Numbered from the stretch's first letter, positions 1-10,165 are shown. The stretch: 64,000 nucleotides of DNA from Candidatus Poribacteria bacterium (GCA_963665845.2 OY762492.1:3488001-3552000), one strand, 5' to 3'. Made by a program: numbers and translations. Notes: generated by a model not told the origin, from the letters alone.

Positions 1-50
1 GGCGTATCATGCGTTTCGTTGAAACGCCGCGCATATCGGAAAGGCATGTT

Positions 51-839
51 ATGAAATCTGGGTTCATGAGTTCCGTCTGTCCAAAGCAGACGCTCCAGCA
101 GCTGACCGCCTCCGCCCAAAAGTACGGCTATACGGGCATTGAGTTCCGCGTCGAATGGGGGCATGGGCATGGCGTTGAGCTGGACGTTTCGCCCGCCGAC
201 CTGCAGAACGCCCGCCGTCATCTCGCCGACGCCGGCATAGACGCCTCATGCGTCGCGACGAGCGTCAAATTCAACACAAACGATCCGCTTCACCATGAAA
301 GCCATCAGGAAACGTTGAGGCGTTACATACCGCTTGCCGCCGAGATCGGCGCGCCATGCATCCGTACCTTTTCGGATCCGCTGCCTGAAGAGAACGAAGC
401 GGCGCGCAGCGAGATCTTGAAACGCGCCGCCGATTCCTACGCCGCCGTGAACGAGCTTGCCGCGGAGCATGACATCCGCGTTCTCGTGGAGACGCACACG
501 AACATGCGCGCCCACTGGGCAATGCAGGTTCTGGAGCTGGCGCAGGCGTCCCATCTTCAAGTTCTATGGGATCCTGGGCATCATGTGCGGCGGGGTCAGT
601 CGGTTGATGAGGCGCATGGTTATCTGCAGGGCAGCGTCGCGCATCTGCATTTTGGAACGGCCGGCCCTGGGGAAGGCTCCATGTCGGAGGAGGAGCATGC
701 GCGCGTGGTGGAGCTGCTGAACGCGGACCGGTTTGAGGGGTATTTTTCGGTGGAGGTGATCAATCCGGACGATTCGGACGCGGTCTTGGCATACAACAGC
801 CGGCAGTTTGAAACGTATCTGGAGGCGGCGCGTCGATAA
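51..839 (+). CDS. Sugar phosphate isomerase/epimerase (xylose isomerase-like TIM barrel)
   Basis: GYTGIEFR, LVETH, LWDPGH and FSVEV metal-binding motifs; ATG at 51 after GAAAGG. Confidence 0.85.
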   Translation: MKSGFMSSVCPKQTLQQLTASAQKYGYTGIEFRVEWGHGHGVELDVSPADLQNARRHLADAGIDASCVATSVKFNTNDPLHHESHQETLRRYIPLAAEIGAPCIRTFSDPLPEENEAARSEILKRAADSYAAVNELAAEHDIRVLVETHTNMRAHWAMQVLELAQASHLQVLWDPGHHVRRGQSVDEAHGYLQGSVAHLHFGTAGPGEGSMSEEEHARVVELLNADRFEGYFSVEVINPDDSDAVLAYNSRQFETYLEAARR

Positions 840-914
840 GATTCCCGCTTTGACCCAAAAGCGTTTGCGCAACCCGCTGTTCCCCGTTTTCACGAGGATA
901 TGCATTTCGGGCGC

Positions 915-990
915 GGCTAAAACCCCCAGCCCTCCTTTTTTTTAAGGGGGAGTCCAGAAACCCGCGCCCTACACCCGCTGTCATCGTCCG
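915..990 (+). repeat. REP-like family B (CCCCC..CCCCCTTTTCAAGGGGGAGTCyAGAAA hairpin)
   Basis: Related copies near 10118, 15935, 37558, 44570 and 58508; reverse copies near 34455, 34510, 36840 and 62866. Confidence 0.8.
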
Positions 991-995
991 CTGCA

Positions 996-2252
996 TCAAC
1001 CCTTTCTCTGACAGACAACGATGCATTCTTCATGCATCGTCGGCGCCGTTTTCCCGGCGATGTTTGCGGGGCTGTTCGTTTTCGGCATGCGCTTGTTCGG
1101 GATATTGCGGACGATCGTCTCTCGGTGGGCGAAGCCATGGCGTTCAAACGCGGCGGCGATGAATTCGTCTGTCCGCAGATATTCGCCTTTCACCCGGCGG
1201 TTTCCGACAACATAACAGACCGTCGACACGGGCTTCAGCGCCTTGGCGACCGCGGCGGCGCTGCGTTCCAGGTCGGCGTAAAACGCGGACGCTTCTCTCC
1301 CCCGTTTCTCGTCCTGCGCGCGAATCCTCTCAACCGCCGAGGCGACCGGCGAATCGGGGTCATGCGCCGCCTCTCCGACGCGCCCGCCCATGCTCATTTT
1401 GTCGACGCGCCGCGCCTCGGCGTATCCGATCCACTCCGACGCCAGCCGCGAAAATTGCCCGTACGCGACGGTCGTCTGCGAATCGCCGTACGGCGGCGAG
1501 GTCAGCGCGAGCGCATACCCGTTCGGCGGATGCGGCATCGGCAACTCGCCATGCGCCGTATTCGCGCTTGAAACATGCGCCTCCACCCGCTTTCGCTTCT
1601 GAAGATAGGCGGACATGCCCAGCCTGTTTCGGTACAGCTTTTTGCGGAAAACGTCAAAAACATCGGGGTTGAAAGTTTCCATCTTCGGCGCGGGGATGCG
1701 ATGCAGTTTGAATTCGCCCGTCCGCGTGTATGAGCATTCTCGTACCGTTTCGGAAAAGGCGACCCAGAAAAAATCGCGGATCGAGTCATCCTCCTCGGCG
1801 CCGATTTCAGCCCGAAGAAACGCAAGCCTTTCGATCACATCGTCCGAGAACCAGTACTCAAGATTGAGTATGTCAGGGACGGGGCGTTCTGGGACGTCTC
1901 CCGAAAAGCCGACCTTCAGCAGCCTTCCGCTCAAGCGGTCTAGACGCAAATCCAAGAGGGCGGGCGGAATCGGCGTCGTCTTGACGCGCGCGATGAGCCG
2001 CGCCAGCGGGTTGATGTCGCACCCGACGCTATGCATTCCGAACAGCGACGCCTCCGCCAGCGATGTTCCTGTCCCGCAGTACGGATCCAGCAGCCATTCG
2101 CCCTCAACGCCGTACCGTTTCAGAAGCTCCCGCGCGATCTGCGGGATCATTCGGGCGGGGTAGTTGTGGAAGCAGTGCGTGTACTCTTTTGTGTTCGCCC
2201 CGCGGAAATCCCAGTCCGCCTCATGCGTCTTATTGATGGGCGTCCCTTTCAT
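996..2252 (-). CDS. Alpha-class N4-cytosine DNA methyltransferase (orphan)
   Basis: Motif I DPYCGTGT precedes catalytic TSPPY; HNYPARMIPQ N-terminal motif. Confidence 0.88.
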   Translation of the reverse strand: MKGTPINKTHEADWDFRGANTKEYTHCFHNYPARMIPQIARELLKRYGVEGEWLLDPYCGTGTSLAEASLFGMHSVGCDINPLARLIARVKTTPIPPALLDLRLDRLSGRLLKVGFSGDVPERPVPDILNLEYWFSDDVIERLAFLRAEIGAEEDDSIRDFFWVAFSETVRECSYTRTGEFKLHRIPAPKMETFNPDVFDVFRKKLYRNRLGMSAYLQKRKRVEAHVSSANTAHGELPMPHPPNGYALALTSPPYGDSQTTVAYGQFSRLASEWIGYAEARRVDKMSMGGRVGEAAHDPDSPVASAVERIRAQDEKRGREASAFYADLERSAAAVAKALKPVSTVCYVVGNRRVKGEYLRTDEFIAAAFERHGFAHRETIVRNIPNKRMPKTNSPANIAGKTAPTMHEECIVVCQRKG

Positions 2253-3091
2253 TCACCCCAGAGGTCCAAACCCAGCAGTTTCCGTCCGAGCGGCGAGAGC
2301 GGCGCCGGTCCGTAATTCTCCGCTTCCCATCCGCGCGCGTCGCCGCGGAAGGAGCCGTGTCCAGAAGCGCGCCGTTCGCGCCACAACGCGACGCGCCCAT
2401 CCCGCGCCGCCTCGCTCGGAGACTGCGGCGCCGGACTCTGGTTGATGTACTGCGCGATGCGCGGCTTGTCGGAGGTGTTGCGCCCGTTGCCGTGCGGCAA
2501 GGCGCGGTGCCAGATCAGCAGGTCGCCCTGATTTGCCGGTATTTGGTGAAACAGCCCTGGCTCCAGCTTCGGCGCAAACGGGTCTTTCTCCCGGATCAGC
2601 GTCTTATGCGCCCCCGGCATGCAGACGAACGAGCCTTGATCGGAGGCGGTGTCGCGCAGAAACAGAACGCCCTGCGTCCCAAACCCCAGCGGCAGCTTCG
2701 TCACATCTGCGTCCCAGTGGTACATTCCCTTATGATCCCACTGCGGATGGTCGGGATGGCGCGGCGGTTTGAAATTGACGCGGTCAAGCGACGTCCACAG
2801 CTTCTCCGTTCCCCAAAGCTCCGAGAACGCCTGATGAATGCGCGGACTTTGCCGCGTCTGCCACATGGCGGGATGCTGATACATCTCCACCATGCCGGCG
2901 CCGGGGCGGTGCGGCGCTTTATACCAGTCGTTCGGATCGCTCGGGTCGAAGCCCAAGAAGCTGAAGACGGCGTCCACAACCGCTTCGCAATGCTTCTTCG
3001 GCGCCGCTTCGCGCACAATCACATACCCGTTTTCGTTAAAAAAGTCTCGGTCTTTTTGCGTCAAAACGCCCATTTTCAACGCTCCTTTCAT
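2249..3091 (-). CDS. Phytanoyl-CoA dioxygenase (PhyH) family Fe(II)/2OG enzyme
   Basis: FFNENGYVIV, HxD (YHWD), GDLLIWH..LPHG..N.S..PR. Confidence 0.9.
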   Translation of the reverse strand: MKGALKMGVLTQKDRDFFNENGYVIVREAAPKKHCEAVVDAVFSFLGFDPSDPNDWYKAPHRPGAGMVEMYQHPAMWQTRQSPRIHQAFSELWGTEKLWTSLDRVNFKPPRHPDHPQWDHKGMYHWDADVTKLPLGFGTQGVLFLRDTASDQGSFVCMPGAHKTLIREKDPFAPKLEPGLFHQIPANQGDLLIWHRALPHGNGRNTSDKPRIAQYINQSPAPQSPSEAARDGRVALWRERRASGHGSFRGDARGWEAENYGPAPLSPLGRKLLGLDLWGE

Positions 3092-3104
3092 GGAGAATTG
3101 CGCC

Positions 3105-4082
3105 TTACCGGTCGCGGACAGCCAGCCCGCGCGCCAGATTTATCAGCGCTTCCTTGGCGCCGCTTTCGGGCAGCGCCTTCAAATGATCAATCGCCTGCTC
3201 CGTATAATCGGCAGCGGTCTTCAAAGCGTATTTTAACCCGCCCAACGCCTCGGCGCGCTGAACGATCCACTCCGTCTCTTCGGGCGAACGCTCATCCGCC
3301 AGCATCAGTTCGCGCAGGCGGGCGCGTTCTTCGGGGCTGCAGTTGTCCCGAAAAAACATCGCCGGGAGCGTCATTTTGCCTTCGCGCAGGTCGTTGCGCG
3401 TCGGCTTGCCGAAAACGCTCTCCTCGCCGATCATGTCTAAGACATCGTCCATCACTTGAAACGCGATGCCGACCGCATGTCCGTAGGACGCCAGCGCCTC
3501 AACCGCGTCGGAACCCGCCGAGCCTTGCAGCGCGCCGATGCGGCATGAGCAGGACATCAACCGCGCCGTCTTCAGCTCTATCACCTTAAAGTAGTCGTCC
3601 AGCTCCAGTTCAAAGTCGCGCGCTTGGTAGGCGTGAATCACTTCGCCTTCGCACATGGACTGCGTCGCTTCGGCGACCGCCTCGTACACCTCTTCGTTCG
3701 CCTTGCATGCGACGAGTACGGCTAAAACGCGCGCATGCATATAGTCGCCGACCAGCACCGCCACCTTGTTGCCGAATTTGGCGTTCAGCGTTTCCTGTCC
3801 GCGGCGCATAGGCGATTCGTCGATCACATCGTCATGGGCGAGCGAGGCGATATGGATCAGCTCCATCGCGGCGGCGAGGTCGTACATGGCGCCGCCTGAC
3901 GCGCCGGCGGCGCGCGCCGAAAGGAGCGTCAGTATCGGCCGCAGACGTTTTCCGCCGCCCTTGATGACATGTTGCGCCGCTTGATCGACAAACTCATAGA
4001 CGTTCGCCGCCCGCTCCAAGAGGCGCCGCTCCACAATCTCAAGGTCGCTTTGGACGAATGCGTTCACCTTTTCAATCGACAT
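3105..4082 (-). CDS. Polyprenyl diphosphate synthase (IspB/HepT-like)
   Basis: GGKRLRP, HDDVID..RRG and FQVMDDVLD motifs; start MSIEK overlaps the hemL stop. Confidence 0.93.
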   Translation of the reverse strand: MSIEKVNAFVQSDLEIVERRLLERAANVYEFVDQAAQHVIKGGGKRLRPILTLLSARAAGASGGAMYDLAAAMELIHIASLAHDDVIDESPMRRGQETLNAKFGNKVAVLVGDYMHARVLAVLVACKANEEVYEAVAEATQSMCEGEVIHAYQARDFELELDDYFKVIELKTARLMSCSCRIGALQGSAGSDAVEALASYGHAVGIAFQVMDDVLDMIGEESVFGKPTRNDLREGKMTLPAMFFRDNCSPEERARLRELMLADERSPEETEWIVQRAEALGGLKYALKTAADYTEQAIDHLKALPESGAKEALINLARGLAVRDR

Positions 4083-5388
4083 GCGCGCCGCCCGCTTCAA
4101 CCTCTTCAACCGCTTCTTTGAACGCTTTCTCGGTCGCTTCGATTTCCGCCGCCGTATGCGCTGTTGAAACAAAAAACGCCTCAAACTGCGCGGGAGGCAG
4201 GTAGACGCCGCGGTTCAACATGGCGCGGTGAAAGCGTCCAAACTTCTCCGTGTCGCACGCGAGCGCGCCGTCATAATCGGTTACAGGTCCTTCGCCAAAA
4301 AAGACGCACAGCATGGAGCCGACGCGCGCCGTGTAAAACGGACCCGCCGCCTCTGAAAGCGCGCGTCGAATGGCCGCCTCTAATTGCGCGCCGAGCGTTT
4401 CAAGCCGTTCATAGACGCCCGGTTTTTTCAACTCGGTCAACGCGGCAATGCCCGCCGCCGCCGCCAGCGGATTTCCGGACAGCGTCCCCGCCTGATAGAC
4501 CGGACCGGTCGGCGCGACGACCGCCATGATGTCGGCGCGCCCGCCGTATGCCCCAACAGGCAAACCGCCGCCGACAATCTTGCCGAGACAGGTCATGTCG
4601 GGGGAGACGCCGTAACGCTCCTGCGCGCCGCCGTAAGCGAGGCGAAAGCCGGTCATCACCTCGTCAAAGATGAGCAGCGCGCCATGTTTCGTTGTCAATT
4701 CGCGCAGCGCCTCTAGATACCCTTCCGCCGGCGGAACCAGCCCCATATTGCCGGCGGCAGGCTCCAAGATGACGCAGGCGACTTCGTCCGGATGTTCCGA
4801 CATGGCGCGGTCGACCGCATCGGCGTCGTTGAACGGAACGATGAGCGTATGTTTGGCAAAATCGGCGGGGACGCCCGCGCTGGTCGGCGTTCCAAAGGTG
4901 GTCGCGCCGGAGCCTGCTTTCACCAACAGATAGTCGGCATGTCCATGGTAGCAGCCGGCGGCTTTGACAATCATATCGCGCCCGGTGAAGCCGCGCGCCG
5001 CGCGTATCGCGCTCATCGTCGCCTCGGTGCCTGAATTGACGAGGCGTACGCGGTCCATGGACGGGTACGCTTCGAGGATCATCGCCGCCAGCCGCGTTTC
5101 GTATTCGCCGCAGGTTCCAAAGCTGGTTCCGCGCTTCAACGCTTCGCCGACCGCCGCTTCAATGGACGGATGCGCGTGTCCTAAAATGAGGGGACCCCAT
5201 GAGGCAACATAGTCGATATATCGGTTTCCGTCGGCGTCCATGAGATGCGGCCCGGCGCCGCGCTCCATAAAGACCGGGTCGCCTTGGACGGCTTGAAAGG
5301 CGCGGACGGGGCTGTTGACGCCGCCTGGCATCGTTTGCTGCGCCTCCGCCCACAACTCCGCCGACCGACTCCGTTTGCGATTCGGCAT
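4072..5388 (-). CDS. hemL: Glutamate-1-semialdehyde 2,1-aminomutase
   Basis: [47 protein letters not shown]. Confidence 0.97.
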   Translation of the reverse strand: MPNRKRSRSAELWAEAQQTMPGGVNSPVRAFQAVQGDPVFMERGAGPHLMDADGNRYIDYVASWGPLILGHAHPSIEAAVGEALKRGTSFGTCGEYETRLAAMILEAYPSMDRVRLVNSGTEATMSAIRAARGFTGRDMIVKAAGCYHGHADYLLVKAGSGATTFGTPTSAGVPADFAKHTLIVPFNDADAVDRAMSEHPDEVACVILEPAAGNMGLVPPAEGYLEALRELTTKHGALLIFDEVMTGFRLAYGGAQERYGVSPDMTCLGKIVGGGLPVGAYGGRADIMAVVAPTGPVYQAGTLSGNPLAAAAGIAALTELKKPGVYERLETLGAQLEAAIRRALSEAAGPFYTARVGSMLCVFFGEGPVTDYDGALACDTEKFGRFHRAMLNRGVYLPPAQFEAFFVSTAHTAAEIEATEKAFKEAVEEVEAGGAHVD

Positions 5389-5563
5389 CGCTCCAACGCT
5401 CCTGCCCTACAACTGCGATCGCTAATAAGCATACCATACCAGATTGCGCTCTGAATAGAAAGCGCAACTCTTCGACGGCGGTACGCTGATGCGGTAAAAC
5501 GCGCGGGAATCCAGAGGCGCCGTAGAAACCATCCGCGTTCACCTGATGTCAAGAAAACGCGGT

Positions 5564-5591
5564 TTGACAACCCCCCAGCATCGTGTATAAT
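5564..5591 (+). promoter_or_regulatory. Sigma70-type promoter of the TPR-PIN-PIN operon
   Basis: TTGACA(5564)-16 nt-TATAAT(5586), both hexamers at consensus. Confidence 0.7.
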
Positions 5592-5640
5592 AATCTGACA
5601 GCGCGGCATAGCGCCGCATCGGTTGCGATTGGAGCGAAGC

Positions 5641-7647
5641 ATGGCTGAACGAAGCGAAATTCAGAGCGATCGATTTTTAGCGCATCTTACATCGCAGAGC
5701 ATTGTTGCGGACAGTGAATCCATCTTTCAGGGCGGTTTTCAACAACCGCAAATCATGGCGTTTTCAGTAGAATCTAACAGTCCCCTATTCACCTCGCTCA
5801 ATGAGGCTGTTGATCAAACACGGACTTCCTCTGATCAATCGAAAGGCTCCGGCGGCGCCGTTGAAGCGCAGCCTAAAGATCGGTCGGCTGCTCTGAACGA
5901 AATTGCAGATCCGAAACTTCGCGGAGCTCTGAATAGAGCGTTGAAATCGCAAGACGAAGCGGACGAAAAAGGCGTCAATAAAAAAACGCGCTACAGATTG
6001 CTGATGCAAGCAGTCGGGAACTACAGTGACGCTTTGGATTTGATGGCGCGACAGAACGAAGGCGAAAAAGACGTTGCGTTGGAATCGGCTATTCATAATG
6101 GCATTGGCGTCGCTTACGGGATTATTGGCCGTTCAGATGACGCAATTGACAGATTTGGCAAAGCCATCAAGATTGATCCCGACAATGCGATTGCCCACTA
6201 CAATTATGGCGTCGTTTGCATACAGAGCGGGAAGATTGACGCGGACGCATATCATAGCCTGGGCGTCGGTTCCATGTTACGCGGCAACGCCGACGAAGGC
6301 GTAAAAAATCTCAAAAAAGCGATTGATCTAGGCTCTAAGAACTCTGACACATTTTTGTATTTGGCTACCTATTATACACAAATTGGCGATCTTGATCAAA
6401 CTATAGCCTATCTTAAAAAAGCCGTTAATATTAGTCCAAAAGATGCAAAATTATATCACAGGTTAGGCATTGCGTATGGAGAATCGAAAAATCCGAACAA
6501 AGCAATTGAAAATTTTGAAATAGCCGTCAAAATTAATCCAAATGATGCGGGAATTTACTATAGTCTGGGTGTTGCTTACAGTCTGGTAGGCAATCGCAAG
6601 AAAGCGATTGAATATGGACATATGTCTATTGATCTCAATCCTGATTTTGCTGACGCTCTCTTTAACCTAGGGAATGAATACATAAGGGAAAGAGAATTCG
6701 ATACCGCAATAAAATATCTCAAAAGGGCTATTGAAAAAGGTCCTCGCCGCATAGACGCTTATATGAACCTGAGCTATGCGTATGAGAAAAGCAACAGATC
6801 TGAGGATGCAATTGAATGTTGCCTTAAGGCGCTTGCGATCAACCCCGAAAACATCGTTGCGCATCATAACCTAGGTATTGCGTATGCGAGAGCCGACAAC
6901 CTTGAAGCCGCCCTTGAAAGCAGTCTTCAAGCGATCCGAATGAAACCCGACTTCGCCGCCGCATATATGGGGCGCAGTTTCATCTATCTTATAAAAAGAG
7001 AACAGGACGAGGCAGCAGGTCAGCAGGACGAGGCAGCAGATCAGATGAATGAGGCAGCGGAAGACTTCGCTGTCGCGCTGTCGCTCAATCCAGAGCGGTA
7101 TCAGGAGTATGCCGACATATTTGCTGATGTTCTGCGGAAGATCGAAGAAGATGAAGCGCCCTGGAACGAGCTGCGCGCCGCGCTCATCCAGGCGCAGTCG
7201 GACGCGGAGCATGAACAGCCGGAGGGATGGACGACTCTCCTCAATAGCGCGTTGGAGGCGGTCGACAAGCTCGCCCCGCTGCGAAAAGACATACGCCGCC
7301 TCAACCGCGCGGCGAAATATTTGGCGGTAGAAGAATGCCGCGATGTCCGGACAGAGCTTGGATATGTCCTGAACGAGGCGCTGGATCGATTAGGCTCTCT
7401 AGCGGCGTTTCAGCGCGAGACGGCGCGGCATGCGCTTTCGATGGAAGCGTCGGGAGAAGAAAAAGATGGCTTTGCGGCGGCGCTGCTCCGGCTCAATCGG
7501 TCGCTGGACGCCATAAAGATTGAGGAGGTCAACGATGATTTTCTGAAAATTCGGGCAGATAATTCGATGCAAACCCTCCGCTATCTGCAGACCCGTATCA
7601 AAACGGGCGGGCGAAAGTTCACATGGGAAGAAGCGAATGAGCGTTGA
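5641..7647 (+). CDS. Multi-TPR protein with a C-terminal VapB-like antitoxin tail
   Basis: About 9-10 TPR motifs (e.g. AHYNYG, ALFNLG, AHHNLGIAY..P); ends GGRKFTWEEANER and overlaps the PIN start; start codon uncertain (5623, 5641 or 5755). Confidence 0.85.
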   Translation: MAERSEIQSDRFLAHLTSQSIVADSESIFQGGFQQPQIMAFSVESNSPLFTSLNEAVDQTRTSSDQSKGSGGAVEAQPKDRSAALNEIADPKLRGALNRALKSQDEADEKGVNKKTRYRLLMQAVGNYSDALDLMARQNEGEKDVALESAIHNGIGVAYGIIGRSDDAIDRFGKAIKIDPDNAIAHYNYGVVCIQSGKIDADAYHSLGVGSMLRGNADEGVKNLKKAIDLGSKNSDTFLYLATYYTQIGDLDQTIAYLKKAVNISPKDAKLYHRLGIAYGESKNPNKAIENFEIAVKINPNDAGIYYSLGVAYSLVGNRKKAIEYGHMSIDLNPDFADALFNLGNEYIREREFDTAIKYLKRAIEKGPRRIDAYMNLSYAYEKSNRSEDAIECCLKALAINPENIVAHHNLGIAYARADNLEAALESSLQAIRMKPDFAAAYMGRSFIYLIKREQDEAAGQQDEAADQMNEAAEDFAVALSLNPERYQEYADIFADVLRKIEEDEAPWNELRAALIQAQSDAEHEQPEGWTTLLNSALEAVDKLAPLRKDIRRLNRAAKYLAVEECRDVRTELGYVLNEALDRLGSLAAFQRETARHALSMEASGEEKDGFAAALLRLNRSLDAIKIEEVNDDFLKIRADNSMQTLRYLQTRIKTGGRKFTWEEANER

Positions 7648-8101
7648 TGCGTTTATCGATACAAACGTCGTACTATACAAGTATGACCATAAGGATGCGT
7701 CTAAACAAAGAAAGGCGGACCGTCTCATCAAAAGCGCGGTCGAAAATAAAGACGCGTGCATCAACTATCAGGTCGTTCAGGAGACGCTGGCTGTTCTGTC
7801 GGGCGGAAAATTCAGAGCGCCTCTTAGAGAGCTGGAAGCGGAGCTGCGGGATACGTTGTTGCCGCTCTGGACGGCAAACCCTGCGCAAAATGCGACGCCG
7901 ACCCCAGACCTCTACCGCCGCGCCGCCGCTGTCATGGACAAGAGCGGCTACAGCTTTTATGACAGCGTTGTCATCGCCGGCGCTCTTGAAGCAGGCTGCA
8001 AAACGCTTTACACCGAAGATATGGAGGACGGACATCAACTCGAATCTGTAACGATTGTCAACCCGTTCAAAGAAGAGGAGAACGCGCATTCCAAATCCTG
8101 A
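7637..8101 (+). CDS. PIN-domain ribonuclease (VapC-like, COG5573 type) with intact active site
   Basis: FIDTN, QVVQE, SFYDS, LYTED and IVNPF motifs. Confidence 0.93.
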   Translation: MSVDAFIDTNVVLYKYDHKDASKQRKADRLIKSAVENKDACINYQVVQETLAVLSGGKFRAPLRELEAELRDTLLPLWTANPAQNATPTPDLYRRAAAVMDKSGYSFYDSVVIAGALEAGCKTLYTEDMEDGHQLESVTIVNPFKEEENAHSKS

Positions 8102-8585
8102 GAATGAAAAGAGCGCTAATCAAGGAGAACCGCCGCCCAAAGACGCGCCGATAAAGATCGAGTACATGATCGGCCCCGATGTCGTCGCAGCCGCCTTTGA
8201 CGATACGAACGGCAGGAGGCGTGGAATAGCGGAACAAATCATACAACGGGCGCTCAGCAACCAAAGCGGATGCGTCAGTTTCCAAGTCGTTCAAGAAACC
8301 CTCAACTGGCTTGACAAGAAACAAACGTTGCATCCAAGAGATCGCAACACTTATATGGAGACCGAGCTGATTCCCCTTTGGACGCAAAATCCTGTTTGGC
8401 AGAACCAGCCGACGCTGGACACATATCTGCGCGCTTTACAGATCCAAGACGCATACCAGCTGCATTTCTACGCTGGACTTCTTGTGAGCGGCGTCATCGA
8501 TGCAGGATGCCAAACGCTTTACTCGGGGATGTACGATTCTCGGCAGAAAATCGAGGGAGTGGACATCGTCAACCCGTTCAACTAA
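8055..8585 (+). CDS. Degenerate PIN-domain paralogue (pseudo-nuclease)
   Basis: Colinear with the upstream PIN (QVVQETL, PLWT.NP, AGC.TLY, IVNPF) but DTN>GPD, FYD>FYA, TED>SGM; start uncertain (TTG 8055 or ATG 8166). Confidence 0.8.
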   Translation: MSTRSKKRRTRIPNPENEKSANQGEPPPKDAPIKIEYMIGPDVVAAAFDDTNGRRRGIAEQIIQRALSNQSGCVSFQVVQETLNWLDKKQTLHPRDRNTYMETELIPLWTQNPVWQNQPTLDTYLRALQIQDAYQLHFYAGLLVSGVIDAGCQTLYSGMYDSRQKIEGVDIVNPFN

Positions 8586-8635
8586 AGAGGATGGGGCATG
8601 CTTGGTCAGAGCGTCGGCATTCGCAAGCCTCATGT

Positions 8636-8700
8636 CAATCTTTTCAATCTTGGAAATCCTAGTTCAGACCACAAACGCGGCGCCTAAGATTCCCGCGCGT
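8636..8700 (+). repeat. Half copy of palindromic family D plus a REP-A fragment
   Basis: AATCTTTTCAATCTTGGAAATCCTAGTTCAGAC matches the arms at 58390 and 62980. Confidence 0.75.
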
Positions 8701-8758
8701 TTTACCTCAAGGGAGGAAACGACTTGCGCCGCCGCCCCGAAACATAGACAATGCGCCT

Positions 8759-9892
8759 ATGTCAAAGGCGCGCAGCGAACGCAAACGGCAGGATGAGCAA
8801 TGGATGGCGCGCGCGCTGGAGCTTGCCCAAAGCGCGGCGCGGCGAACCTCCCCCAACCCGATGGTCGGCGCTGTCGTCGTCCAGAACGGGCGCGCTGTCG
8901 GCGAGGGGTTCCATCGAGGCCCTGGACATCCGCACGCCGAAGCGGAAGCGCTGAAACAGGCGCAGGAAAAAGCCGACGGCGCCGCGCTCTATGTGAACCT
9001 AGAACCATGCGCCCATGAAGGGCGAACGCCGCCATGCGCTGATCAGCTGGTCGAATGCGGCGTCGCGCGCGTCGTCTCCGCCATCGAAGACCCTGACGAG
9101 CGGGTGTCGGGGCGCGGACATGCGCGCCTGCGGGCGGCGGGCATACGGGTTGAAATCGGGCTGATGGCGGAAGAAGCGCGCCGCCTCAACGCCCCGTACC
9201 TAAAATGGAAACGGCGCGGCGTCCCGTTCGTCACGCTCAAAATGGCGATGAGCCTAGACGGCAAAACGGCGACCGGGACAGGCGAATCGAAGTGGATCAC
9301 CTCGGAGGCGGCGCGCCTGGACGGCAGGCGTCTGCGCGTCTCGCATGACGCGATACTGATCGGAGTCGGTACCGCCCTCGCGGACGATCCGCATCTCACC
9401 GCCCGCCTCCCCGACAGCGGCGCCGATCAAGACCCGCTCCGCGTTGTCGCGGACACGCATGCGCGCCTCCCGCCGACCGCGCGCATGTTTCAAAACCGCG
9501 GCGGTAAAACGATCCTCGCCGTCGGCGAGACGGCTCCTGTCAGCCGCGTCCGCGCGTTGGAGTCGGCGGGGGCGGAGGTATGGCGCCTGCCGCTTTTGGA
9601 GGGGCGCGTCTGCCTTGAGTCGCTGCTTCGGCGCCTGGGCGAAGCGGGCGCGCTGAGCGTTCTGGCGGAGGGCGGCTCCGCGCTGCATGGAAGCCTCGCG
9701 CGCGGTCGGCTGGCGGACAGGGTCGCCGCTTACATCGCCCCGATCATCATCGGCGGAGAAGGGCTGCCGGCGGTCGGGGACGCCCAGCTCAACCGCCTCT
9801 CCGACGCCCTGCGCATACGCGACTGGACAACGACCCGCATCCCGCCGGACATACGCATCGACGGGTATATTGAAGAAGCGGACAGCGAATAG
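8759..9892 (+). CDS. ribD: Riboflavin biosynthesis deaminase/reductase
   Basis: PNPMVGAV, HAE, LEPC..TPPC, KMAMSLDGK, DDPHLTAR, EGG. Confidence 0.97.
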   Translation: MSKARSERKRQDEQWMARALELAQSAARRTSPNPMVGAVVVQNGRAVGEGFHRGPGHPHAEAEALKQAQEKADGAALYVNLEPCAHEGRTPPCADQLVECGVARVVSAIEDPDERVSGRGHARLRAAGIRVEIGLMAEEARRLNAPYLKWKRRGVPFVTLKMAMSLDGKTATGTGESKWITSEAARLDGRRLRVSHDAILIGVGTALADDPHLTARLPDSGADQDPLRVVADTHARLPPTARMFQNRGGKTILAVGETAPVSRVRALESAGAEVWRLPLLEGRVCLESLLRRLGEAGALSVLAEGGSALHGSLARGRLADRVAAYIAPIIIGGEGLPAVGDAQLNRLSDALRIRDWTTTRIPPDIRIDGYIEEADSE

Positions 9893-9930
9893 CGCGGTTG
9901 ACGAACCAGAAAGCGTCCGCGCCACAATTC

Positions 9931-10165
9931 GTCATTCCCGCGCAAGCGGGAATCCAGAGGCGCCGCTGACGACGTCCGCATTCCCCGAAACCGTCATCCT
10001 ACCAAACGTCATTCCCGCGCAAGCGGGAATCCAGAGGCGCCGCAGACGGCATCCGCATTCGACGTCATTCCCGCGCAAGCGGGAATCTTAAGGCATCGCC
10101 GCCGCTCCCGTCCTTTTAAACCCCCCTAACCCCCCTTTCAAGGGGGAATCCAGAGGCGCCGCATT
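9931..10165 (+). repeat. BIME-like cluster: three REP-A (GTCATTCCCGCGCAAGCGGGAATC) plus one REP-B
   Basis: Copies at 9931, 10008 and 10064; ATTCCC-N8-GGGAAT palindrome; lies between convergent genes. Confidence 0.9.

Noticed and set aside
9931-10090. CRISPR-like spaced repeats (also 63038-63262)
   Set aside because: Only three units, uneven and mutually similar spacers, the same repeat is scattered across the window, and there are no cas genes; these are REP clusters.
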